Positions 38,501 to 51,170 of a DNA stretch of 64,000 bases are shown one piece after another; position 1 is the first letter of the stretch, and each line of letters opens with the position of its first letter. The notes under the pieces were generated by a model, which did no database searches, was not told the DNA's origin, and saw only the letters and a program-made list of their open reading frames with translations. The stretch lies in NCBI RefSeq assembly GCF_000315625.1, contig NW_005434671.1, positions 310,001 through 374,000 on the forward strand, in the 5' to 3' direction. Both the position numbers and the translations under genes were made by a program. The DNA is from Guillardia theta CCMP2712 (lineage: Eukaryota; Protista; Cryptophyta).

Positions 38501-38837
38501 GCTGGCGGCGAGGAAGCTGCTCAACCAGATCAAGAACTTCGTGCTCTACCCCGTCCATGCCGCTGACCCCCAGACCTTGAGAGGACGGGCACTGACTGGT
38601 CGGGGCAGAGCAGCGCAGCAGGAACGAGTAGCGGGAGGGGAGGGAGAGGCCCCGAGAGATCACGTGCTCGAGATCAGCTCGCAGATTTTTCTTCCCCCGC
38701 AGGCCGAGGAGGTGGAGGGTCTGGCGGGTGCGCCAGGGACGGAGGTCAGCTCAGACGTACAGCCGGAGGAAGTGAAGCAGGGGGAGGAGGAAGCAACTAT
38801 CCTGCCGGGGGGCGTGAAGGACAGTGCCGCACCTTGA
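29538..38837 (+). CDS. Giant cell-surface protein: signal peptide, CUB domain, many Cys-rich GCC2/GCC3 (ephrin-receptor-like) repeats, multipass TRP/Flc-like membrane domain
   Basis: CUB: CEGLTVLTEVQGSF..YDDNLNCGWII..KVEYGYDYL..FYSDDIVTDQGFNIYY. Repeats CxxCPxGxYK...CxC. Spliced TM exons IRVAISFMQ/VTSSF..VPWP, FLIYPLLS, RYLLIDFEVDC, GYPFGLP, GFIFKAYK/ANYWYFELVEMLRK, LSPY..KLN. Confidence 0.85.
38010..38135. repeat. (CTCTCC)n microsatellite, intronic
   Basis: About 20 perfect hexamer units. Confidence 0.95.
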
Positions 38838-39771
38838 GAATTATGAAACTTCGGTAACTGTTAAATTGAGTGATCAAGAAAGTTTTGAATAAACTCAAAA
38901 ATATCAAAAACCGTGACAAGGGGAATGTAGTTGACTCTCCATCTCGATCTCCGCGTCTACTCACGAGTCAGACTAGGCTTGACTATCATTATCAGGCTGG
39001 GACAGAAACCGTTCAGTGAACGCCCATCCGACCGGCAGACTCCGGTTGGCCTGCCCCCCTGCTGCTCCTCGGGGCCCGGGCACAGTGACACGACTGAAAG
39101 ACCAGCCAGGCTGACTCAGTGACACACGAGGCTTGGAGCAGCCTGCAGCGGCATGCGACACGACCGTCGGACACTGACGGTGCCGGTCCGATCGCGTGCC
39201 ATCGGACTCTCAGTCACAGTCAAAATGACTCGGAAGGGGAATATTACATCTGTAACTGCTCTGTAACGGATTCGGAAGTCGAAGGGCCCAATGGCAGTGA
39301 GCGAGAAGTCGGAAGCGATGAGGAGCAAGGCGAGCGATCAGGTGGATATGGCGAGAGTCATCGCGATGAGGAGGATAAGTGAATGAACATATGCTCAAAC
39401 AATCTTCAGTTGCATTAGGCGTCATGCCGTCGCAGCTTTTCAAGTTCACATGTAGCGTATCTTTTTGAATTGTACACAAGGATTGGGTTCGCTGGGCGTA
39501 GAGTCTGATCAGGCTTGTACATATTACCATCAGCACAGGAGATCGCGGGTCTGTTTGCTTCTAGAATCAAATTGTGCCCCTCGCTGTGAAGAAAGCATAA
39601 TGAAAAAGACAGTCAGATCGAAAAGCACCAGGGCCTCCAGGCGTCCAAGCATCTGGCATGGCGGCCTGAGACCTCAGAGATGGTTCACGTTAAGTGACGA
39701 GGATGCATCTATCAGGCACAAGTCTCTCTTAGAGACAGCGAATGTATGAACCTTGCTGGGATATCTAAAAG

Positions 39772-42700
39772 TTGGTAACTGACCATCATCTGGGTTTTCA
39801 GGTCGTGAAGCGAGTGTATGAGCAAGGATTGAGTTCAGCTCTGCAGGCAGCAAGCATGCTGAACTTCAACGGGTGCTCGATGGACTCGATGTTTGAGTGT
39901 GTCTTCAAGCTCGTCATCACCACCTCGGGGCTTCGCTTTGATCGAGAAGTGCAAGACGCGTTGATCGCGTCGATAGCCAAAGACCTGAGCTCATCAACCC
40001 ATGGCGCGACGCATGAGGGGCCGCAACCCCCCGTCGATGTCCTGCCTGCTGATGTACAGGTCTTCTCGGTAGAAGAGAAACTTCACCACGACGATCGTCA
40101 CTCGTCTAGGATATGCGCGTCTGTGAGCATTGTGGCGTTCTGCAAGGAAGATGCCCTGGGGATTCAAACTCGATTACAGGCGATGCTGATAAAGCATCAA
40201 GATCGTTGGGTTTGGTTGTCTTTGAAATCTACATTCGAGGAGCTTTTCTTTGCTGTCGAAGACATGGGTCAAGGAACATCTTTGACGGAAGTGGAGGTGT
40301 CAGGCCTGCCTGTGTTGGAGGAGATGGCAACGCCAGTGGTGAAGAGAGCATGCGCGCATGCCGACCTCAACCTTGTGGATCCTTGTGAAGATGCGCAGCA
40401 GGAGAGGACCGTACTACTCGTTGGGGGAAGAAACCCTTGCAAGAATGACTTGTTCAAGTGGCTTGCTGGGATGAACCCGTCGGACTCGTTCCTCCATGAC
40501 CAACTCAACAGCGACCACAAGTTCACCATTGCCTGCGAGTCAACGGACCCGCTCCTGTTTCGAGCTCCCAAGATCGCGCATGCGATCACAAAATTTCATG
40601 CTGAGTGCAAGGCGCTCGAGGTGGCGCACCTGGACAACCTCATTGCAATGATAGCAGACAAGGTCAAGGTCGGGGGGTATCAATCGACCATGCGAGCAGC
40701 TGAGTTCATCAAACTCGTCACGACCGTGGGATTCGGAGAAGATGCCCTTGTTGACGGGGTCTTGACGTCTGAAGAAGAGCAGTTTCTTGTCAAGACTCTT
40801 GCGCTGAACGACGACGAGCAGCTCTTGCTCTGTGAGATCGAAGATTGCCTCCTGACCTTGCGGACACAACTCGCTGATACGTCGAGCGAGATGTCAGGGA
40901 AAGGAGGAGGAGGAGGAGGGGCGAGAGGAGGACACGCGCAGTCCTCAGTCTTTGGTGAGCATGAGGAGCTGGATATCGACAGGCTGAACATGCAGGCAAA
41001 GAAGATCGAAGAGGACATGAAGAGAGATCAGAAGAAGGTCAAGGACAAGGAGGCAGAGGTGAAGGCGCGACAGGCGGCGGAGAAACTGAAGAAGAAGTAC
41101 TTGGCGATGGCGAGCGCCGCTGCAGAGAAGCTCAATGCTGCTCAGGCGACCATGAAGGCGAATCAGGAGATTCTAGAGGCAAAGAATGCAAACGACAAGG
41201 CTGTGAAGAAAGCTCAAAGCAACCTGATCACCGTCGAGAAGACCATCGCGATGGCTAAGAAGCAACTTGCCGAGGCCAACAAGCAGCATGATGCTGTTGT
41301 ATCTGCTATGAACGCCATGAGTGAATTCCGGGCGTTGGGAGGAGGAGAAGGTAAGAGGTATGAGAGCGAAAAGCAGGTGGTAGACGAAATCCATTGGATG
41401 CTGCGCTCGGGCATCCTCGATAGCCTCTCCTCTTGCTTCAAGGATGCCCAATCGGAGGAAGGGACGAGACTCTCCATCCGGCACTGCGTGGAGGCGATGA
41501 GAAAGGCGTTCGAGGATCGCGGAGTTTCGATCCCCTCCTACTGGCTAGGGAGGATGCTGGCGAGCTTTGACTGGGAAGGCGACGGATTTCTGGACAAGGC
41601 CGAGCTCCTGGAACACTTCGATACCAGCGACTTTGCGTCGAGGAGGAGGAGGGTTGCGTCTCTGTGCGGGCTGCCCTGCATGGCGATGTACAACGGAGGA
41701 GGAAGAGTGTTCATGCTCAGCCCCGAGGAGAGCAAGATCTGGAGGGCAAACCCGCAGCAGGATGCAACGGCGGCAAATCAGTTGTACGAGGCGACCATAG
41801 TGAAGGAGTTTGCAAACAACAAGATCGGCGTCAAATTCTCCCACCGCAGGGAGTCACCTGCGCCAGCGCAGGCAGTGCAGGAGCGAATCCTTTACAAGCA
41901 GTTCAGCGACTTTCCCGGCGAAGATTTCTTCCTACTGCAGACCTGCCGCCCGGAGGAAGTGATGCTGCGCACGGTGAAGAGAGGAGCCAACGCCCTCATG
42001 CTCCTGACGCACTCGGAGCTGCACAGCAAGCAGACGGAGCTGGTGAGCATGCTGCAGCGGGAGCTTGTGAAGAAGACTCTGCTGTCGGGGAGGAAGGAGA
42101 ACGACGTGCTCAGCATGCAGATCCTCGAGGCCCTGGCGACAGCAGACAGGGAGAAGATTGTGTCGAGCATGCTGACGTTCTGGAACGTCAACTGCAGGGG
42201 GAGCAGCGTTGGTGGGGCAGCCGGCGACGAGAGGAGGGTGAAGGAGGTGGAGGAGAGGAAGAAGATGATCGCTTCTCTCACCGAGGGCAGCGACGAAGCG
42301 CTCAAGTCCATCCTCCAGACGAGCTCGCAAGTCCCTCTGACCCGCTTCATGGCTGGCAGCGTCTGCCTGTCCTTCAACAGCCTCCCTCAGCACTGTCGCC
42401 CGACCCTCGTGCAGGCCCCAGAGCTGATTGCTGGCAGCCAGGTGCGGGAGGACTCGAGCATGGACATCCTGCAGACTATCCGGAACTTCTTCCCGGACCC
42501 GAGCTCGTCCGAGAGCCTGGAGCAGCAGATCAGGAAGAAATTCCAGGAGGCAGACGCTGACCGCTCAGGGACGCTGGAGAAGGAGGAGGTGAAGACTCTG
42601 ATAGAGAGGACGGTGAACAGGAGTAAAGAGAGAATCCGCCCGTCGCAGCTCGACATGTTCATCGAGCTCATCGACCAGGACGAGAGCGGGACCATCGAGA

Positions 42701-44791
42701 TGGAGGAGCTGGTGAACGCTGTCAAACCAAGGGGGGGCGACTGCCCTTACGATCAAGGGGGAATGATGGAGGCCATGGCGGAGAAAGTGACGACGATTCT
42801 CCTGCTGGTGGACCCGATCCACACGCGGTTCAACTCGTGGGAGAAGGAGGTGTTCAAAAGGATGTGGAGCAAGCACAGGAGCAAGTGCGTCCTTGCCACG
42901 TTCGTCACTGCAGAGCACCAGGAGGCAGTGAAGACGGTCGGAGGGCTGAAGGAGAAGATAGCGGCAACGGCACAGGACCTCGCCAAGTTCGTCGGAGACG
43001 AGGAGGTGGAGGAGGAGGTGAACAGGAACGTGTTCGGGGTGGGAAGCGTCCTGGACCACCATGGCGACGTCTCTTCGTCCCACCTCGATCGCTCCAAGTG
43101 GAAGTTCTTGAGCAGCGGACTGAACAAGCTGGTCATCCGAACGATGCTGAGGGAGGAGGAGGACGCGCGAGCGATGGTTGAACTCCTTGCCGGCTCTCTC
43201 CGAGTAGTCTCGCTGTGGATCAGGAAAGTCTGCGAGTCGGGAGAGGTGGCGAGTCAGCGGCCGCAGACAGCGAGCAATCAGCTTGCAAGGGCTGCGCGGC
43301 ATGTAGAGGAGTGCAGCGAGCACGTTCTCAACAACTGCAAGGTGATGTTGTCTTATGCAAGACTGTCTGCTGTGAAGAGCGTGAGGGTTTGACTGTGTGC
43401 CTGTCGCTGGTGGAACATGTTGAGATGAGAATGTTTAGATGAGACATGCTGTGATGAGAAGTTTGAGATGATATATGTTGAGATGAAACATGTTGAGAAG
43501 AGATGTTTGTTCTGTTTGCAGTGAGGAAGTCTCCAAACATCTCCGTGAGATCTTCGCCTGACTTGCACTGGGCAGGAGCTGTTCTCCCGCATCAAGTACT
43601 TCGATTTCTCCGAGGAAGTCCAGCGGCTGCTGCAAGTCAGCAAGAAGGCAAAGAAAGTCTCGTCCCTGCTCCTCAAGAGCCTCCACATCGACCGCTCCTC
43701 CCTGCTGCTGGAGGACGGCGGGCAGGACTGGGTGTCAGTGAGGAAGGCAGTGGAGGACATGGAGATCTTTACGTGGAGGAGCAGAGACTTTATCGAGGAG
43801 TGGGAGCGATCGATCGCAAGCGACCCGCTCGTCCCCCTTGAGACCACCAGGAGGATCGCCCGTCCTGCTCTCCTCGGCGTTCGAAGCTTTGCCGACCTGG
43901 TTGACATGGATCGCTTCAAGCTGCAGGAGCTGCTGCAGGAGCAGGAAGAGCAGGAAGTCACCCTCAGGTTTCCCTTCCTCTTCCATGTCAATGCTGTCCG
44001 GTCCAAGTTCTGGGAGGTGGAGACGTCGCTCTATGCTCGCAACCTCTTCCTCCTCACCCGCGAGCGTTTCCTCTGCCTCGATGACGTCAAGCTCATGCAT
44101 GCTGTCTTAGAGGGTAAGTCTCTTCACCCACCTTCCCCTCCCTCCGTCCCCTCCGTCCCCTCCGTCCTCTGTCCCTCCCTCCTAGCCGCCCCTCTACTGT
44201 CCCTCCCTCTTAGCCGCCCCTCTACTGTCCCTCCCTCCTTCCACTCGCCCTCGCGCTTCTTTACGTTCTCGCAGGCTACGTCAAGGTCAAGTCTCACAGC
44301 AAGTCGCTCCTCCTCGATGGTCTCTTCCTCCTCACTGACGGTCTGCGACCCAACCGCAGCCTTCAAATCGTTCCCGTCCGCGAGCAGACAATCATTCAGT
44401 GAGCCTTTCCTGCAGCAACCTCCTCCTCCTCCTCCTCCTCCTCCTCCTCCTCCTCCTCCTCGTGCCTCCCCCAACCTCCCACCCCTCTCTCACTCCTGTG
44501 CAGGACAAGTGTCGAGAGGAAGCATAAGGAGGTGACGCACTTCTACTTTTCTGACTTGGAGCCAAGCGAGGACGCGAGAGCTTCTGTCCGCTGCGGCAAG
44601 ATTGCAGCCAACACGGTATATGATCCCTACCACCCCTCATCTCCCTCCTCATACCTCCCTGTCCTCCACTTCTTACTCCCTTCTATCCTCCTCCTCCTCC
44701 CCCTCCTCACGTTTCATTTCACATCTCCTCCTGCTCTCCTCTACCCTCCTGCTCCTCCTGCTCCCCCTCGTCATCCTCCTGCTCCTCCTCT

Positions 44792-44846
<55 letters not shown>

Positions 44847-44960
44847 CCTCCTCCTCCTCCTCACTGCTCGCAGGTTGCTGCCATGGTTGTCTTCCTGCGG
44901 CAGGAAATCCTCGAGACTCTCGGATGGATCCCTGACTCTTCAGACTCGGACGAGGCCTGA
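39772..44960 (+). CDS. EF-hand and coiled-coil protein with split, degenerate EHD/dynamin-like P-loop domain and possible C-terminal PH-like region; 5' exons probably extend to ~39150
   Basis: Canonical EF-hand loops DWEGDGFLDKAE, DADRSGTLEKEE and DQDESGTIEMEE. EHD-like blocks TVLLVGGRNPCKNDLF, TRFM..TLVQAPELIAG and PYDQGGMMEAMAEKVTTILLLVDP. Downstream exons 43575-44112 and onward to stop 44960. Confidence 0.7.
43415..43510. repeat. Degenerate ~15-bp intronic tandem repeat (ATGTTGAGATGAGAC-like)
   Basis: About six imperfect copies visible. Confidence 0.7.
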
Positions 44961-45296
44961 GATCTCGTCCTCCTGCCTCTCCTCTCTCCTCTCTCCTTGA
45001 CTTAGCTGGCTCCTCTACCCTCTCCCTCCCTCCTTGAGCCTCTCCTTTGCCTCCTCCCACCTCCTTCATCCTACATGTCAAGCGCGTTCTTCTCTCCCCT
45101 CCCTCTCAACTCACCCACCTTCCCTGTTCTCCCTTTGTTTTCCCGTCTGCTCTCGCTGCACATAAAATTTCCAGCCAATTTAATTCGATGCAAATGTCTT
45201 GAAATGAAAAATGCACAGAAAAGAAGAGAAACCTTCCACTTCCCATCTTTTCGTTTCTGTTGTTGTGTCCCCTCCCTCCTCTGCTTTCCTCTCCTC

Positions 45297-48200
45297 TCAG
45301 TTCGTCAGCGAGGCCTTCTCTGTAATGCTCTGCACCACAGCCATGAGCTTCTCTCCCACGTCGGCGAAATTCTTTCCAGCCGCTTTGCTCACTCGCTGCC
45401 AGACTTCTCCGTGCCGAGGGTTCGCATCCTTGCATCTGCATCCTCCCAATCAACTTCCACAGCCCCAACCCCCCTCATACCCTCGTCCTCCCCGCCCTCG
45501 CTTCCCTTCCCTTCCCGTCTCCTTCCCCTGCCTCTCTCCCTCTCCTCACCTTCTGATGACTTCTGCTCTCGTTTCGTCTGTTCCATGTTGCTGCTCCAGC
45601 CGAAACCTGCAACAGGAGATGAGAGGGAGGGAGGGAATGGAAGATGGGGAGGAGGAGGAGAAGCCGAGGACACAGGAAGGAAGGCTGGTCACCAGTGGGC
45701 CCAAGCATCGCCGAAGTCTGGGTTTAGAGTGCAGGCACGATTGAACCAAGTGCGAGCCTGAAGGAAGGAAGGAGGAGGAGGAGGAAGGAGGAGGAGGAGG
45801 AGGAGGAGGAGGGACTGTTTAGTACTCAGTAACCTTGAATGAGGAGCTTCACCTTTTCGAGCTTTCTATCGGCATGGAAGAGACGAGCGATGGTACAGAT
45901 GACGAACGTGTCGTTCTCGCAGTGTTTGATGGCATCCACACTGAAGGCTCCACATCAGCCTCTTCCTCCTCCTCTTTCCTCCCCTTCCTCCCTCCCCTCC
46001 CCCTTCCTCCTCCTCCTCCTCCTCCCCATTCCTCCTCCTCCTCCCACTTCCTCCTCCCTACTCCTCCTCCTCTTCACCTCTTCGCCTTCCTCTGCTGTCG
46101 AGGTTCCATGAGGATAGCTTCTGACCACAAGATTCCACTGTTGGGACATTCCTACCCACCCGTCACAGATCATCACTACCCCCTTCCCCTCCATTTCCTT
46201 CTCTTCTCTCGCTTCTACCAGCATCCCCCCGCAACCCCCGACCCCCCTCAATTTTCCTTTTCCCCTTCTGTCCGCTCCTCTCCCAAGCACCTCCTTCCCA
46301 TCTTGTTCCTACCTGAAGAGCTTGCGCAAGACGGGTCGCTGCCAACTTTCTGTTGTCTGGCAGCGCTGCTTCCATGCGAATAGTTTCGAGCCAGAGGTGC
46401 TGATCCTGCTCCCAGATAAGGAGGAGGAGGAGGAGGAGGAGGAGGAGGAGGAGGAGGAGGAGGATATCAGACCTTGGGGTTCTTGAGCCTTGCCTTTTCC
46501 AACAACGATCTTGCTTTCGTGAGCTGTTCATCCGAATGGTTAGCATCTGGTCTTACCTAACCCCCCCTTGTCGCAGCGACTCTCTCCCCTTCTCACCTGG
46601 TTGGAATCTCGCTCGAAGTGAACGGCGACGATCCACAGCGCGACGCTGCTGGGGCACTTGCTGGTTCCTTGCAGATAAGCATCGCGAGCCTCGTCCGGCA
46701 GGCCCATCGATTGCTTGATCTGAGAAGAGACGTCAATGCTCGAACTCAGAGGAGAGGTGGAGGAGGGAGGGAGAGAGGAGGAGATCAGTGAAGAGGAGGA
46801 GGTCCAACTTGTATCAGGATCATCCACAGCTTGGCAAACGTCGGGTACTTCTCGAGGGCCTGCGTGAGAAGTTCGCATGCGGCCTCCATGTTGCCCTGGT
46901 CTCTCTCCAGCATAACGCTCTTCATCCACACTCGCTCCGTTCCGGCTTGCATCCTCGCTTTCTCCAGCAGGGTCCGGGCACGCTGGTGGCATCACGTCAG
47001 GTCCCGACATCCACGGCCTCCTCCTCCTCCTCCTCCTTGTCTTCCTCTACCGCCGCCGCCGCTATCACCACCACCTCATCCTCCTCATCCTCTTCCACCA
47101 CCACCGCCATCACCTCCTCCTCCTCCTCCTCCCACCTGGATCTCGTTGTTGTCGTTCTCAAGCTTCACCGCAGCGAGCCAGATCTCTTCGTTGTCGGGGT
47201 TGATCTTGAAAGCCTCGCCGAGGATGACGCGCGCGCCTGCACATCCCGTTAGTCCTGGCAGAGCCATCAAGCTCTCCCTTGCCGTCCAAGTCGCCGTTGA
47301 CCCATTTCTCCTTGGCACCCATCAACCAAAGCGGCCAGGCCTTGGGGCAGAAGGTTGTCGCCTGCTCCAGCATTCAGCCAGCACCGCAGCACCGCAAACT
47401 GGGAGTGCCTTCTTGAGCAGCTGGTCCAGCGCTTCGGGGGTTCCATGCTTCTTCTCCAAGTTGGCTGCTGCCATCCATATCTGAGCAAAAAGAGCGTGAG
47501 CGAGCACCTGCTGATGGAGGAGAGAGGGATAGGTCCAAAAGGGAGAAGAAACTATGTTGAGAAGAGAAGCGGAAGGAGGGATGGGGAAGGAGGAGGAAGA
47601 GGAGGAGACCTTCTTCTTGGTGTTGAAATACTGCAGGAGGCTAGAGTATAGGGTTCTAGCGCAGTGAACCGCTCCTCGCTCCAGGAGGGCTTCAGCCTCC
47701 GCCTCCCACACTCGCCTCCTCTCATGAGGCAACACGTTCACGTCCGCGCTGACTTTGATGAGACCCTCGGCAACCACCTGAAGGCATCGCGACGTCAGGG
47801 AAAGGGAGGCCGCCATGGTCGCTTACCGGGTATCCCCCTTTCTCCGCCTTCTCCGCCTCTTGCTGCCAGAAGTCTCTGTCATCTGACACCTGAAGCGCAT
47901 GTCAGCCTCGAGCTCTCGCGCTCCCTCGTCCTCTGCACCTTCAGCTTCATGTCTGCAAACTGCCTCATCGCGCGCTCAAGAATCTTGGGAACGTTCTGAA
48001 GAGGAAGGTCGCATGAGGAGAGTCAATATTCTGCTCAGGAAATCAATGGAACGAGCAAGACCTGCCCATTTCCGTTGGCCTCCTCAAGCTTTGCTGCAGT
48101 GAACCAGATCTGCGGTTCCGAGGGGACCTTCTTGCGCGCATTGTTCAACACCTTCCTTGCCTGTGATCTGCTGTCAGAAAAGGACACTTTTCATGCATCA

Positions 48201-50868
48201 GCATCATCGTTCTTGTCATCACCTCCTGATACTCTTCCAGCCTTGCCAGGGCCAACCACAAGTCCACACTTAGCGGGCAGCAACCGTCCTCGACTGCCCT
48301 TGTCAACAGGACTCGTGCTGCATCCTGCGCATGGACCATCGTCAGACAGCAGCTGGAGCTGATGTTCAACTTTCCTTGTCCTCCAACTCTACAGCAGCTT
48401 TCCACAACCTCTCCGAATCTGGAATCAATTCCAACGCTCTTCGCAGAACTCTCCTCTGACGATTCCGTCATTCTGGAAGCACTATCAAATGAAGCTCCTT
48501 GCCTTTCCCTTCGCCTCTTGCTCGAGTTCGGCTGCTCGCATCCACAATGAGACCTGAAGAGTAAGCAATCAGTGTAAGGAGGTTAGTAGAGCGAGATACC
48601 TTAGTCGGCAGATGATGAACTGCTTGAGCAATGATTTTCTTTGCCTGAAGTGCGAAAGGTCAAACAAGATACATGAGCAACTTTGATGAGCAGACTTGTT
48701 CTGGAGGATGAATGCTTGCCGCTTCCAACCAGATATCTTCATTCAAGGGAACCGCCTCGCATCCCTGTGGGACTTGTCAACAACTCAATCCAGACGGCCA
48801 TAGGAGGCATTACCTGCATAATCAAGTTTCTTGCTTGAGAAACCTTTCCTGCGATGACCTGGTGGTTGCAAAGTGAGGCTAAGATCACTCGTAGGCAATT
48901 CTCTTACTTCCAATCGAGAAGCTGCGATCCAAGCTGGAGCATGCTTTGGATTGGATGTGATGGCAGACTTGAGCAGAAGCCTTGCTTGCTTGATGTCAGC
49001 TACGTCCGCAGCCTATACGAAATCAGTAAACATCGAGATTTCAAAACATGGTGAACCTGATTGCGGATCTGAGAATTGAGATCCGTCAAGTATCCCTTGG
49101 GATCAACAACAGTCTGTCCCGACACAGAGTCCGAAACTCTTCGCATGGATATCAGGAGAATATTGCTTTCAGTCAGACGTCACCTGTCCAACTTCAATTG
49201 CAGGTATGTATTACGACCCTCTCCGACTTTGTTCAAATCCGTGAACTGCGATTGTGTGCCTGCCCCATCAAACCGCCGTTATTGACTACTCCCGATAAAG
49301 TAGAAAGGTGATGAGTCAGCGTCACCTGATACTGTAGTGATCCCTCCAAGTACTTGCTGTCTTGTATCGAGTTCATTGTGGCTTCCTGCTTGCTCTGCCT
49401 GTGCTTGCGCTAGCAATGAATCAGGCGCTGGCATGAATCTGCCTCATAGTCAAGGTTTGCTGACAATGAGACCAATATCAACCTGTCCTTCATGGTATCG
49501 ACTCTCCTCTTCTTGTGTGAAATATCGTTGGCATCAGGAATGGAAACCCAGTCTTCTCTAGAAAGAGATTGCAGATCTGAAGATATATCCAGTATCAGGA
49601 CCCTTCTTCAACTTTACACCAAGGCAATATTGCAGGTTGCATCCATTCAGACATGTCTGTTGCGGTCAATTTCTCCACATCTTGTATCGCGCATGTCACC
49701 AACATCTCAAAGCTCAATTCAATCCAATCCGATCATGGATAGCATCGAAGAGCTTCAAAAGACATGGTCCCTTGCCGATACAAAATACGAATACTCAATC
49801 CCTTATCTGCTCTTGTGACATCATTCGGACAAGGGGCACAGATTCTCTTGAGAAACAGGAGAACTATCCATCGATGCTCACCTCGCTTGATGTCTGCAAA
49901 CTGGGAATGGAGGGTTGGAAGCTTTGCACGATATTTCCTGAGCTCTTCTTTTTCACGAGCTTCTCTCCTCTCCTTTCTACGTCTGAGTACGTGATGACTT
50001 AATACCAGCTCTTGTGCAGTCACAGCAAACAAACCCATCCATCCTTTGGTCCACTGCGTCCCAGACTGCATCGGCTTCTTGATCGTCCTGGCAGGCAGAT
50101 CCGTCATCCATAAGAGCATGGCACCCAGGAATTGAGATGCAAAGCACGACAACTCCCGGAAAGATGAAGTAGAGCATCGGCAAGCGAAGAGGAGGGAGCA
50201 ACGAAGGCAAGCAAGGAAAGACGAGGAGCAAGAGAAGCAATGCATGCCACAGGTGAGAGCAAACGCAGTAAACAACAACAAGAAAAATGCGCGCGAAGAG
50301 CAATCACCTGTTCGTACGGGGTGTCGCTGAAAAGAGCGCCCCCGTATCCATAGAATTCGTTGTAGTTTGAATCTCCAAGATCCTCCTCCTTCTCGCCTGC
50401 TACGTCATCCTTGCCACCGAATCCTGCAGTTCCACGACCAGCTCCAGGAACGTAGCCCTACACGATCATAAGTCTCCAGGGCCGACCAGGAGAACCCATC
50501 TCTTCACCTCAGGTGCCTGCCCGAAACTAACGACGTTTCTTTGCTGCTGGGCTGTGGCTGCCTGATCTTGCTCAGGCGCAGAGTATCGAGCAGGACCGAT
50601 ATCGGATCGGGTAGTGAAGCCGGTGGCACCACGACCAAGACCTGCACACACATCAGACAACTAGCTACCGAGAGCCCCGCTGCTGAGCAGGTGCAAACAA
50701 GCACGGGAGCTACATCGTGTGTCCTCGGGTCCTCCCTTGCTGCAATCGAAGCAGGAGGAGGGCACCGAGGCACCTCACAAGCGTCTGCTGCCTCTGCATA
50801 CCTGGCACGTAGTTCGTGGGCACTCCCGCCCTCGTCAGCGCCATGCGCTTCGCCTGCAGGGACGACAT
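45297..50868 (-). CDS. PRPF6: Pre-mRNA splicing factor Prp6 (U5-102K)
   Basis: [23 protein letters not shown]; [17 protein letters not shown]; QFADIK; [12 protein letters not shown]; HAT repeats; [18 protein letters not shown]; [20 protein letters not shown]; [13 protein letters not shown]; TGA at 45297-45299. Confidence 0.96.
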
Positions 50869-51126
50869 TCTAGCTCGCGCGCTGCTTGCAGAAGCACATC
50901 CACATCCCCGCTCATACCGATCATGAGACCGACCCCCCACGGGGGTGGAACTGCTATATTCGATCTGACAGACGGGCCAACCCCTAGTGTGGGAATTAAC
51001 TGGTACAAATATTTAGTTAAATACCCCCCCCTCCTTTCCTCATCGCGCCTCCATGCAGAGCGTTCGGGGCACTATGGCGGGGGATTTAGGGGGTGCTGCA
51101 TGCCATGGCAGGGTGTCACGAGAAAA

Positions 51127-51147
51127 TTCAAATCAAATTTTTGGCGG
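51127..51147. promoter_or_regulatory. CHR-like (TTCAAA) plus E2F-like (TTTGGCGG) motif pair in the PRPF6/transposase divergent intergenic region
   Basis: TTCAAA at 51127-51132 and TTTGGCGG at 51140-51147, about 25 bp before ATG 51171. Confidence 0.35.
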
Positions 51148-51170
51148 GCAAAGCTATGTTGTCCCACACC

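Noticed and set aside
19266-50868. Apparent cluster of RNA-processing genes (GPATCH1, CCCH protein, PRPF6)
   Set aside because: They are separated by unrelated genes, which is compatible with chance.
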